Source of the DNA: an uncultured delta proteobacterium
GTDB taxonomy: Bacteria > Desulfobacterota > BSN033 > UBA1163
Assembly: GCA_963708295.1 (NCBI GenBank)
Contig: CAVPSJ010000008.1
Location: 32,001 to 96,000, forward strand
Length of the DNA stretch: 64,000 nucleotides
Direction of reading: 5' to 3'
A program made the translations under genes and the position numbers. Shown here one piece after another: positions 9,787-20,972 of this stretch (positions within the stretch are counted from its first letter, which is position 1; every line of letters begins with the position of its first letter). The notes under the pieces are model-generated. The model was not told the DNA's origin, did no database searches, and saw only the letters and a program-made list of their open reading frames with translations.

Positions 9787-11273
9787 TTACGGGTGTTTGG
9801 GGCTGGGTGCTTTATCACTCATCCCTTCTATCCCATCTTTCTTCTCCACATCGCACCAGCGAAGCAGAGAGGACAGAGGGGAAATTCCGTCATGATGCCA
9901 CATCATGGAGGGGACGGGCATCTTTCCAGGAGAAGTGATTCGAGCTAACCCCAGCTCCCCCAATCTTCCGATAAAGTCCCTTTCACGCTCATCCCCAATG
10001 GCCACGGCTGCATTCTGCAAGTAAGGAGCGATCGACTTCAGGGAAGGCAGTATCTGGAAAATATCTTCCACCCCATAGATCCGGATGAAACGATTCAAAG
10101 GGGAGGGAGAGAACGTTCCCGGATCCTTTTCATAAACGATTGTCCAATCCGTTCCGTGAGGCGAGGCTAACAGAAGAACCTCCTCGTTATTTAACTCCCT
10201 GAACTCATACTTGGTCTCTAAGCTGATGGATGGCTGAAGCCTCCCCGGGAGAAATCTTTCCCGCGGGGCATCTTTAGATTCAAACCTTCCATGGCTTCCG
10301 CCAGGGTCCGGCAAAATTCCTGTGGAGAGACCTCCCCCCCTGCTTCCAGCATAATAGATATGGGGAGCGAGGCATGCCTGCTGGTCGAACATCGAGCAAT
10401 CGTATGCAACAGAGGCTGCCAGTTCCTCTAATCCATGGCGACTCAATCTCTTCCGGCCGATGATTCCAAATCCCAGCTTATGACCGTGAAGAAGAGCCCT
10501 TCACCTGCCTCGGGGGATCTTCTTCCTGAGGGATTCACAGGCCTCGACCCCGCCAAACATGATGACGGCATCGGCTTGATGAAAGGCTGCCTCTTCAATC
10601 TCTTCTTCTCCCCCTCGCCAGTAAAGGACGGCCATGGATTTCAGCCATCTCCGGATCGATCTCTTCGATCGTCTTGAGATAGAGCGGAGCAAAGGTCGGT
10701 TCTCCTGCGGCCACTTTTCCCAGACAGGCGGCCTTCAGAAGGAGAGCCCTCATGAAGAGGAGATGGGGCAGGGCAGGAATATTTTCGGAGAAAATGGAGA
10801 GGATGAGCTTCGGGCCAAAGGCCCGGCTGTAACCCTGCCAGCTCCGGGGAGTATTGAAAATCGTCGAGAAAGAGAGGATTCTTGATCTCGGAGCAGAGGG
10901 CGCGCCAGATATCTTCCCGCAGGGAACTCTCCATCTCCACATCGATACTGGCCTCCACCACCTCACGAGAGAAATGGGTGATCGCAGGAATGGTCTTGAG
11001 CGCGAGTTTCCGAAGAGGATAATCTCTTTCAAGCCATCTCCGGGATGCCTGATCAAGGACATCGATGATTTTCCCGATAGGAAGGCCGGCAAGGTATGTC
11101 TCTCTGCTCTTCTTCAGGTGATCGGCCAAGGTCTCCACGAAAGATCTGCTGATCTGAGGGATTTTGAGATGAATCGTAATGTCTCCATCCTGATAAGCCT
11201 CGGTTCTGAAGGCCTTCACCTGACCTCTAAAATCCGGAGGAAGGTAGTATGCATCCACTTCGATGATTTCCAT
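9787..11273 (-). CDS. LuxC-like acyl-CoA/acyl-protein reductase (multiple frameshifts)
   Basis: IFSENIP, ADAVIMFGG, FDQQACLAPH with catalytic Cys, WHHDGISPLSSLLRW; reconstructed from ORFs 10641-11360, 10595-11092, 10501-10692, 9787-10446. Confidence 0.8.
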
Positions 11274-11356
11274 CAACACTCCTTTTGATATATTCGAGGG
11301 TGGAGAGTAGAGGTGAAAAGGAGTTAAGACCCCATTCACCATTCCACGTTCTACGT

Positions 11357-12480
11357 TCAAGTCCTTATCTGGGTCATCTCATCGATCGTCAAAGAACAGC
11401 CTCTCGCGTCTCCGTCTCTGGTTCTGCCGTCAATCTCAAATCCTTCTGGAGTGATTCTTCCCAGGTCATCGGACTGAATGGCCAGAAGATGCCCCCGGTT
11501 CGCCAGGTCAAAGTGTCGGAGCAAACCCGTCTGACCCGGGGGAAGCGGCTCCAGGGTATCCGGGTCCACCACCAGGGTTCTTGTCCACGGAGGATTGATC
11601 TTGGCCCTCGGGAGATTTGTTCCCCTTGAGGGCGTTCCTCAGAGTATTGTCATAAAATTGAGAGCTGATCTCGGTCATTCCAAGAAGATTGACACAATAG
11701 TCCTTTGCGACTCCAAGGAAATCCTCACAATCGCTGACAAATTCTTCCCGTTTCACTTCCCTGCTTTTTCCTTTAAATCCTCCGGCATCGAGTGTTCTCG
11801 AACCCGGAGGGAGTTTGAAGCGTAACCCTTTCTCACGACAGTAATCGAAGAAATTGACAAAGCCGAAAGAGCCGCCGCAGATCGTTATGGGAATACCCTC
11901 TGCTTCAGAACGGCGTAACTCATCGACAAGCACTCTGGATATCGAAGCCTTCCTTGCCGATGAGAAAGCGGCTTTGGGATGATCCAAAGTATTCCTATCA
12001 ATCGATTCATCCCATAGGCCATGACCATCGTGGGAGACGATCTCCGGAGAGGGGGCGATGATCAGGAGGGTTGTCTTGATCTTGTCCGGGAAGAGGAAGG
12101 AAGAGGCCGCTTCATAAATGGTGGCATCCATGAGCCTGAGGCCTCCTTCGTCGTAATGGACCTTTCCCCTTTCCTCCGGTCTCGTCGTCCCGCTTGTCAT
12201 AAAGGTCCGTACCGTGCTGGAGGGAAACATGGCGAGTTCCATCACTTTGAAGGCATCCGTGGGCAGGGCGGGAATCTGATCCCAGGAAGAGATCTTCTCC
12301 GGGGTTACTCCGCGCTTTTCACAGTAGCGCCTGTAAATCGGAATATATTTGACCTGGAGTTCAAAGATCCGAAGGGCAAGGCGATTGAACTCTTCTGAGT
12401 CCTGATGATCCGTCCCCCTGTCGGATATAGGACAGGATCTTTTCGTCGAGATCCAATATCTCTTTGGGTAACTCCATCAT
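11357..12480 (-). CDS. LuxE-like acyl-protein synthetase (frameshifted)
   Basis: FMTSGTT loop, DAGGFKG, GMTEISSQFYD, HFDLAN, IQSDDLG, C-terminal RGCSL acylation Cys. Confidence 0.85.
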
Positions 12481-12514
12481 TCCCTCTCTCCATAAGCAAA
12501 ATGATCGCTCGTAA

Positions 12515-13770
12515 TTAATCGAAACAGAAACTTCCAATACAAGACGGGACACCACTTAACATCCCATCGATATGGAAGGTGATCATCTTCTTCTCGACTA
12601 AGTGGATGAGCACCCTTTTCAAATCTTCCAACGGGAGTTTTTTCTTCTCAGCGATCTCCTGAATGGACAGATTCCCATGAAGCTTTTCTGCCAACCCTGA
12701 CCGGCCTTTCCCCAAGGCAGCTTTCATCTCTTTGTCAGAGACCAAGGACTTCGGAAGAAGCCTTTCATCGAGGGGAGGGAGTTCTTGAAAGTGAGATGGA
12801 ATGAGAAAATCGGTCGGCCGATAGGCGAAGAGGGACGGGAGGAATTCCAAACTTCTTCTGGTAGACATAGCGATAAGCGCTCAACCCTCCTGCTATTCCC
12901 TGGGCCACGGCCCGGGAGAAGGAGTTGTAGCCTCCGGAGGTCACATCTCCGACAGCGAATACCCCAGGAATGGAAGTCTGCATATCCTGATCCACTTTGA
13001 TGAAAGGAGAATTGAAATCCTCAGCCCCTATCTCAAATCGCCAGGCGGGCGAGAGTTCATAGGAGTTGAAATCAAGGAGGACCTTCGGACAATGGATCTT
13101 ACGAGAGCCTTTGGATGTTCGGAGGGTCAGTCCCTGGAGTCTGCCATCCCCCCAGTATCTTTCCACCCAGCCTCGAAGGATGTCCTCCGTATCCTCTCCT
13201 TCTCCCTCCATGATGAATAAGAGAGGAGATTTACCTGCGTTTAGATCTCTGATCAAGGGAATCAGGTTTTGCAACTTCTCGCTTCCCACAATGACCAGCC
13301 TTGGTTCCCATCTTCTGCTGAGAAGTTTTTTGAGGTGAGAGATGATAAATTCATATCCCATACTGGTCACTTCAAGGCCCCGTCCCAGGTAGTCCCTCTC
13401 ATTGACCAGAACCTTGATCCCGGTGGCAATGATCACGGCTAATGAACGGAAGACTTTTCCGTCAGAAGTGAAGACCTCTTTGATTTCGCCTTGGAGGTTG
13501 ATCCGGTTGACTCTTCCCTGATGGACTTGTATCTGCAAACTCTCCATATCCCTCAGGAGGCGCCTGGACAATCTCCTTCCCCTGGATCTTCCATGAAGGT
13601 CCTGTGAAGATACATCCCCGCCAGCCTGCTAAACCTCCGAGAAAGGAGTTCTCAATCAGCAGGGTGCTGCAAGGGATGGCCTTGTATCTCTTGACCCATC
13701 GGGCCCGGATGGCCGCGTTGAGCCCGGCCGGCCCTCCTCCCACCACAATCACGTCCCAGTCATATCCCAT
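12515..13770 (-). CDS. FAD-dependent oxidoreductase, TrxB-like fold without CxxC (frameshifted)
   Basis: DVIVVGGGPAG, VIIATG, TSIPGVFAVGDV; extra C-terminal domain. Confidence 0.75.
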
Positions 13771-14288
13771 CCTTCTCTCCCTTCCGTTCCTTCTGAAGAT
13801 AGGGAATCAGTCCCCCCGCCTCCAAGATCTTTTTGATATGGGGGTCCATGGGGGAAAATGGGAAACGTCTGGCATTGGGGAGGTCAATGATTCCCTCGGT
13901 GGTGAGGATATCGATCAATTCTCCGTCTTTGACCCGATTCTGAATTTCTCTGCATTCAAAAGTCGGGACGCCGAGATTGGTTAAGCTCCTGAAGAAGATT
14001 CTGGCAAAGGATGCTGCGACGACTGGCCTTCACGCCGAAATTGCGAAGACCTCTTACCGAAGTCTCCCGGCTGGAGCCGCAGCCGAAATTTCTTCCTGCC
14101 ACGATGACAAGTTTCTCATGGGAGGATTCCGTTTCAAAATTCGCGCCCAGCCTCCCCATCCCTTCAATCAACCCCTCCTTCACTCTCTTCTCATCCAGGC
14201 TGAAGAAGAAAGAAGGGTGGAGGACATCGGTATTGACATGATCCCCTAATTTCCAGACCCGTCCGGAAATCTTTTCGGGAAGTGTCAC
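13760..14288 (-). CDS. LeuD/HacB-like isomerase small subunit (frameshifted)
   Basis: GRVWKLGDHVNTD, AGRNFGCGSSRE, ASFARIFFRS, ILEAGGLIPYL. Confidence 0.85.
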
Positions 14289-15541
14289 ACATCACCTCTC
14301 TTGGGTCGATGATCCTTCCTGCCAGGGCAGAAGCAGCGGCTGTCAGGGAGAGGCAAGGTAGATGTCTGGAAGAGGGATCTCCCATCCTCCCCTGGAAGTT
14401 TCTGTTGGAAGTGCTCAGACACCTCTCTCCCTGCTCCGAGAATTCCTTTATCGATGCCCCCGCAGAGACCACAGCTCGGATTCAGAATCACCCCGCCGGC
14501 CTCCACGATGGTCTGAAGATATCCCCTTTCGATCGCCTCCCGGTAGATCTTCTGGGAAGCCGGCGAGATGAGAAGTCTCATCCCCGAAGCGATCTTCTTC
14601 TTCCGGAGGATACGGGCCGTCATTTCAAGGTCCCTGAGCCTTCCGCCTGTGCAGGAACCGATGAAGACTTGCTGGATGCTCTTCCCCTTTGATCTCATCC
14701 AACATCTACGACCCGGGCAGGGCTGTGAGGGAGGGCGACTTTAGGATGAAGCGAGGAAAGGTCTACCTCCATCCTGTTACGGTACAGGGGATTCTCATCA
14801 AAACACTCTCCCCAGTCGTCTGCACTGGCCGTCCCTTTCCTCCAAATAATTCCGGGTCACTTGATCGGGGATGAAGAGCCCGTTTTTTGCTCCTCCTTCC
14901 ACCACCATGTTGCAGACGGCAAACCGGTCGTCCATCGGAGAGGGCTCCGTCATCGTCATAAAACTCGAGGGCCTGATAGAGAAACCCTCCTTCTCCGAAT
15001 CTTCCCAGGAGGTCGAGGATAATGTCCTTCCCCATGAGGTAAGGGGGGAGTTTTCCCTTGAGGTCGATTCGGACTGGCTGACGGGAGGCTTGAGCCATGT
15101 CTTTCCTGTCATCAAGGTATAAAGAATATCGGTTGAACCCATTCCCGTTGCTAAACATCCCAGAGCTCCGGCGGTGGTCGTGTGGGAGTCGGCGCCGAGG
15201 ACTAACATGCCGGGCCTCAGCCAGGGCCCTTCGATCAGGAGCTGGTGGCAGATTCCTTGATAGATGGACTGGTGAGGTAATGCCTCGGCCTTGGCAAAGG
15301 AGATGACCGCTTTTGCGATATTGGCCCGTTCAATCGTGGAGGGAGGGGCAAAATGATCGACCGTGACGAAAACCCTCTCCTTGTTCCAGATCCGACCTCC
15401 CAAATCTTTTAGCTCTGAAAGGAGAAGAGCAAAGGTCGGGTCAGGCAAGAGGACAAAGTCGACATCGACGGCATAGTATTCGCCCTCTCTTCTTCCGTCC
15501 GAATGTTTCTGGATGATTTTATCCGTATATCCTTCAAACAT
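14285..15541 (-). CDS. LeuC/HacA-like [4Fe-4S] isomerase large subunit (frameshifted)
   Basis: VDHFAP, GICHQ, GADSHTTTAGALG, FIGSCTGGR, NPSCGLCGG, STSNRNFQGRMG. Confidence 0.88.
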
Positions 15542-16736
15542 CCTTTTTCAGAACCCCTTTTGCGATATCCCAGAAAGCCTCCAACGGGAAATTGAGAGAG
15601 CCTTCGTAATAGGATTCCATCTCTTTTGCCATCCGATGGATCTCCGCCTTACCCTTTGCCATCTTTCTCTCCTTTACCTTTTGAAGGATCTCCTTCAGCT
15701 CTTCCTCGTTTGCTTCATATCCTCTTTGTCCGAGGAGATGCATGATGGTCTGGGTGCCTGTATGCTTTCCCAGGACGAAAGAGGATTCTCTTCCCACTTC
15801 TTTCGAATCGATGATTTTGTAAGTCTGGCTGTTTTTGAGAATGCCATCCACATGGATCCCCGATTCGTGGCGAAAGGCATTGAGCCCGATGATCGGGGCA
15901 TGAGGAGGGATGAAGATCCCTGAACACTGCTCCACGAGCCGGGAAAGGCTGTAGAGCCCCTGCAGATCGATTCCGTGTTCGCCGGTGGAAGATCTTCTCC
16001 AAAGCCAAGACCACCTCGTGAAGGGGAGGATTCCCTGCCCGCTCGCCGATTCCGTTGACCGTGACCGAGGGATAATTCACTCCGGCTTCTATGGCAGCCA
16101 GGGTGTTGGCTGTGGCCAGGCCGAGGTCATTGTGACAATGGACGCCCAATCTCCATCTCCTGTGGAATTCGGTCTCTCACTTTCTTGACCAGGTCCTTCA
16201 TCCTGAAGGGTTCCATCACGCCCACCGTGTCGCAGATAAAGGCCCGTCGGGCTCCCCGGTGGAAGGCGTAGAGAAAGGATCTCACAGAGAAAAGGAATTT
16301 CGGCCCGCGCCGCGTCCTCTGCCGCCAGGTTGATCAAAAATCCCTTTTGATCGGCATACCGGATCACATCCCCCATCAGTCGCTTCACACCCTCTTCATC
16401 CAATCCCAGCTTTGAGCGCACATGGAGGGGGCTTACCGGACAGATGATAAACACCTCTTTCACGTCACATTCAGACGCCTGGTCCACCTCATCCCTTTTG
16501 AGCCGGATGGACACTCCGATGGACGCCTTGAGCCCCTGGTGGGCAATGGCAGAGATGGCCTCCCTCTCCTCCGAAGATATGGATGGCATTCCCACGTCGA
16601 GAATGGGCACACCGATTCGGTCCAAAGCTCAGAGCAATCTCGAGTTTTCTCCTCCTTGGTGAAGATAGACTCCGGGAGACTGCTCGCCCTCTCTCAGGGT
16701 TCCATCCACAAAATTAATTTTATCTGACGGTTCCAT
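15534..16736 (-). CDS. DRE-TIM acyl-CoA:2-oxoacid synthase (homocitrate/isopropylmalate synthase-like; frameshifted)
   Basis: [44 protein letters not shown]; no LeuA regulatory domain. Confidence 0.88.
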
Positions 16737-16836
16737 AAAAAGGTTTCAGCCCATTCCCCATTTGAGTGACATCGCACCCCGTAAGTATAAGAAAAACCGC
16801 GTTGGAAAGGTTTGGAAGCATGCCCAACTGTCTACT

Positions 16837-18398
16837 TCAATGGCTACCCCTCGAACGCCAGCTCATATAACGACAGAAGAGCCTGCCCCAAAAGGGATCG
16901 CTGGCTTTCCCGGATTAGGATGGAAGGAACAGAAATCCCGACACTTGGCCTCTCGTAAGACCTTCTCAAAATCTTGTGGGTTCAGTTCCTTTCCATTTCC
17001 CATATAGTCAGGGATAGCAGTAGCCCAATCCTCCACCTTCAGGAGAACTTTTTTGATAAAAGTCAGCAAAGGTCTGCTTCGTCGAAACAATTCCGAACTC
17101 CTCCGGATGGAGGTGCCAGGGAGAGGCAGGCTCCAGGGATATCGGAGCAGACCAGATTCTCCCTATATTTTTGAATCTTCTCTTGATTTCTCTTTTCAAG
17201 GCAGAGGTCTTGGATAAATCAGAATATCTTTCCCCTGGGATTCCCATAGCGAAGAAGATATCGGTCCTGATCCCAAACTTTTCTGCTGCGGAGATGGCCT
17301 CCATCAGTTCCTCGTTGGAGTAAGTGAAGGTCTTGTTACGATGCCTCACCCTTTCATCTCCGGACTCAGGAGAGAGGGCGATCATCGAGCCGTCAAGAAT
17401 GAATGTATTTGCCAATTCCCGGAGGAAGCGCTCTGAAGGGAGAGAGAAGGATTCAAAGTAAACTCTTGTGCGAAGCTTCTTTTTTCTCAACAGGGGGAAT
17501 AAATCTAGATAATATTTTTCTCCTTCTTTCCCCGGATCAAAGGCGATGTTGAACATCTCGTAGCCTAATTCGAGCGCTTCGGCCATCGTGTCGGCGACGG
17601 CTTCGGGTGAGCGGAAAACCACCCCCTTTCTCCCGTTGACTCTTTGCTGGGCCTCCGCACCCCCTCCGCACCAGGTGCAGTTTCCAAAACACCCTCTGCC
17701 GATATTGAGAGGAAAGAGAGGAGGGCCAAGATGAAAGTGTCGTCTGTTCTCCTCTTTGGAAAGTCCTTTGGCCCAGACAAAAGGCATTCCGATATAGCGA
17801 ATATAAGTCTCCTTACCCTCAAGCAAAGAGAGATTGATATACGAGGATCGGTCCAAATCCGCTTCAGAAGCCACATAGGAGAGAGGATTTTCTTTGATCT
17901 CCCCATCTTTTCTCCAGGTGAGGTTGGGGATGTTTTCCCAACCCCTTCCTTCTTTCACAGCATTCATCAACGCGATGAGCGGGATTTCAGCGTCGCCACG
18001 GATGATCGCGTCCAACTGAGGAAAAGAGCTCAGAATCTCTCTGTGAAAAAGACTGGCAGTGTACCCACCCGACAAGATGGTGATATCCGGTCTCTTCTCT
18101 TTTATCTCCTTGGCGATCCTCATCACGTCATACGACTGCGGGTGAAAGTGGAGCGGGATGGCCACCACCTTGATCTCCTTATCCTTCAAATAGGCGAGGG
18201 GCGAGGAGATCCTCTTTTCGATCCACTCCAGACCCAGGTGCAGGATTTTGGTCTTGATATCCTTTTTGTGTGGCAAGGTCAGCAAGGGAGAGGGTCCCCA
18301 TCGGAAGGAGATTGACGGTCATATACTCGCCGAAGGGACGGTAGAAATTGTGAGAATTTGGGCACATGAATGAAAAGGAGATCAAGCGATTCGGTCAT
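16837..18398 (-). CDS. Cobalamin-dependent radical SAM enzyme (frameshifted at both ends)
   Basis: N-terminal B12-binding-type domain (LPMGTLSLAD, LSGGYTAS, IRGDAE), GRGCFGNCTWCG CxxxCxxC, SPESGD, GIPGE. Confidence 0.88.
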
Positions 18399-18685
18399 GT
18401 ATCTTAAGTTGTTTTGCTTTTTTAATGGCGTTATTGATTGGAGGATTTTTAAAAGTTGATAAATTATAACCTATCTTTCTTTCTTAAACTACACTCCCTC
18501 TGTCATTTCGGTAATGAGTGGCTATAGTTCCGTTGGACAGACCCGCCGGAGCGCAGTCCTGAAAATCGAATATGCGGTTCGTGATCGAATACAATGTTCC
18601 CCTTAAAGAGGAGGTTCCTTACGGGGGACCGGCTTGCCATGCCAAATTCCCAATGATTGCACTAAAGGCGAAGGAGGTAAAGACC

Positions 18686-18874
18686 AGGGTCGCACAAGAA
18701 AAAGAATTAAGCTGCAGAGACTTCAGACAGGACTGTGGTTTTAGCGCGAAGGCAAAGACAGAGAAGGAGGTATTAGACAAGTGTTGGGTGCATGCGTGCA
18801 GTGCTCACGGGCAATGCAATGATTCGCCTGAGATCCGGGAAAAAATCAGGTCGCGGATCAGGGATGTCCTATGA
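18686..18874 (+). CDS. DUF1059-like small metal-binding protein (start codon appears mutated)
   Basis: LSCRDFRQDCGFSAKAKTEKEVL...HACSAHG; AAGGAGGT RBS followed by in-frame AGG where ATG is expected. Confidence 0.65.
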   Translation, partial: RVAQEKELSCRDFRQDCGFSAKAKTEKEVLDKCWVHACSAHGQCNDSPEIREKIRSRIRDVL

Positions 18875-19244
18875 GTGAGTCCTGTTGAAGAAAGGTGCAA
18901 TTTAGAATTATAAGAGAAAAAAAGAAACAAGATTTTAGGGACCCGCAGATCTTGCCAGAAGACGGAGAGGGTCCAATCTTTCGGAGGCTATCGTAAGAGG
19001 ATCAGAAAGCAAAAGCTTCCGGGGAAAGCGGGCTTCAAAAAAGAAGAAGTCCCATCCCCCAAGCTGGGTTTATTTATTGGTCGAAAAATCACGCCTTATG
19101 CATTCAAATTCCTATTTACTTAAAAAATGGTCACTTCCGAAATTTATGATATTCTTCCAGAACGTTTTCTGATCTTTTGCGGGTGATATCTGAGTTTCCA
19201 TTGACCCGTAAGAAATAAAGAACCGCCAGAAACTCTAACCGGGG

Positions 19245-19382
19245 TTACTCCGCTAAGACGATCATCGGCATGGGATGCTCGTGCTGGCAAGGTTGGCTAT
19301 CAATCATCAACTTTTCGCCGTCGCGGTAGACATGGAGAAACCCGCCGCTTTGCATATCATACAGCAAACCTTCTTCTTTCAT
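19245..19382 (-). CDS. 45 aa hypothetical small protein (below ORF-track cutoff)
   Basis: GGAGG RBS then MKEEGLLYDMQSGGFLHVYRDGEKLMIDSQPCQHEHPMPMIVLAE*. Confidence 0.45.
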   Translation of the reverse strand: MKEEGLLYDMQSGGFLHVYRDGEKLMIDSQPCQHEHPMPMIVLAE

Positions 19383-19607
19383 GAGAACCTCCTGTTTGAA
19401 TCAGTCACGCGAACTTATTTCATACAAAAAATAGTCATTCCTGCTCCAAAAGTCAAGAATGCTAACGGGTCAACTTCGTACGGAGATCAAAATAGGCATA
19501 GAGGGATTCAGCCCAACATGACCCTGAAGTTAACGACAGAAGGGGTATGGAGTTGCTGATGGAGGTAAAAGGAGACTTTCAACATTTCGATATCACATGA
19601 GGGAGGG

Positions 19608-20972
19608 TCAGAAGGATTTGGACCAGAGAAAGGTTACGCCGCTTCCGGCCTTTCCGTCGCGTAAAAAGCCAGTGTCCCACGCATACTCGATATACAATTG
19701 GGATTTCCAAAAGAAACCGCTCGTCACAGCAATTGCCGCCGTCTGACCCTTATCGCTCTTGAACCCGATCTGGTTTAACGCGATAATCGTCGACCGGTCC
19801 CCCCAGATGAAGGTACCCCGCAGTTCAAGATACAGAAAAGGGAGGAGCTCGCGCCGGTATTCCAGATTGAGGAGGAGATATTTGGAAACGAGAGTGACCG
19901 TGTCCAGAGCCCCTGGATAATTTGGACGAGCAAGGTCATCCGTTTCTTGGGCGAACGGGCCGCCGTCAAGACGGATCGCATTGTACCGGTCCGCGCTCTT
20001 TTTGTCCATGTAGCTTCCGTGAATGCCAGCAACGATGCGATTTTTCTCAGACAGGCCAGGAATGCCGAAGGCACCCACAAGGTATCCGGATGCGATGAGG
20101 TAGTTCTGGGTATCGTCTTTTTGGAAGGTGATGATGGCGTTGCCATAGTCTGCCCAATTTTCACGGTGAACGAAGTCCAGATTAAATCCTCCAGCCATCC
20201 CTGCATGGGGGAGTTCCATAAGGTTCCGGCGAATCCCATTGTAGCGTCCCCTCAGCTTTACGCCATACAACATCGTGTCGGGCGGTAGCCTGACGTCTGG
20301 ACCGGTTTCGCTCGTTTCTTTGGAATACAGATATCCTACCCGGCCAAGAACCTGGAGTCTCAGATCGTTGTCGACCTGGTAGGGAGCGACGGAATAGCGA
20401 AGTCCAGCACCGAGGAAACCGGAAAGCGTCCCCCATTTCAAAGAACTTTCATCGACCTCTTCGTTGCGGCGGAATCCTTTCTCGCTAAAGGGAATGGTAT
20501 AGTTTTCAAATCGGGCCACGAGCTCGGGATGCCCGAAGCTCTTCGCGCCGTCCACTTCGTTGACGAATGCACTCGCGACGATGCGCAACTGGGCTTTTTC
20601 CCACGTACGTCTCATAAATAGGGCGAAGAGTGGGGCGGAGGTCGTATCTGCCAGCTCTGGAAAGTAAGTGGTTGCCCCCAGCTCCAGCGAGGTCACATTG
20701 CCCCTGTCCCGCGCGGGGATCACAATACTTCGTCCCATGAATTCTAAATGGAAGGGTTCGCCGGCAAGAGGCGTATGATATTTTCCGTCGATGTCTTGCT
20801 GTGCTGGCTTACTTTCCGAAGCCAAGGTTTGGGTCGGATCCTGTTCGGCAAATGCAAGTTGTTGCTTCGGCCAAAAACTAAGAATCAAGAGGATGAGAAA
20901 AAAAATGGGAGGCCAAAAGAATTCAATTTGATGAGTCGCTTTGAACGTACCCTTCATGGTTCGTCTCCCCAA
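19608..20972 (-). CDS. Putative outer-membrane beta-barrel protein
   Basis: Signal-peptide-like N-terminus, alternating amphipathic strands, C-terminal Phe (GVTFLWSKSF). Confidence 0.65.
   Translation of the reverse strand: MGRRTMKGTFKATHQIEFFWPPIFFLILLILSFWPKQQLAFAEQDPTQTLASESKPAQQDIDGKYHTPLAGEPFHLEFMGRSIVIPARDRGNVTSLELGATTYFPELADTTSAPLFALFMRRTWEKAQLRIVASAFVNEVDGAKSFGHPELVARFENYTIPFSEKGFRRNEEVDESSLKWGTLSGFLGAGLRYSVAPYQVDNDLRLQVLGRVGYLYSKETSETGPDVRLPPDTMLYGVKLRGRYNGIRRNLMELPHAGMAGGFNLDFVHRENWADYGNAIITFQKDDTQNYLIASGYLVGAFGIPGLSEKNRIVAGIHGSYMDKKSADRYNAIRLDGGPFAQETDDLARPNYPGALDTVTLVSKYLLLNLEYRRELLPFLYLELRGTFIWGDRSTIIALNQIGFKSDKGQTAAIAVTSGFFWKSQLYIEYAWDTGFLRDGKAGSGVTFLWSKSF

Noticed and set aside
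9787-12480. Bioluminescence (lux) operon
   Set aside because: No luxA, luxB, luxD or luxG present
13760-16736. Ordinary leuACD or nifV locus, or phosphonate cluster
   Set aside because: No leuB, ilv, nif or pepM genes in the window; synthase lacks the regulatory domain; context is non-primary
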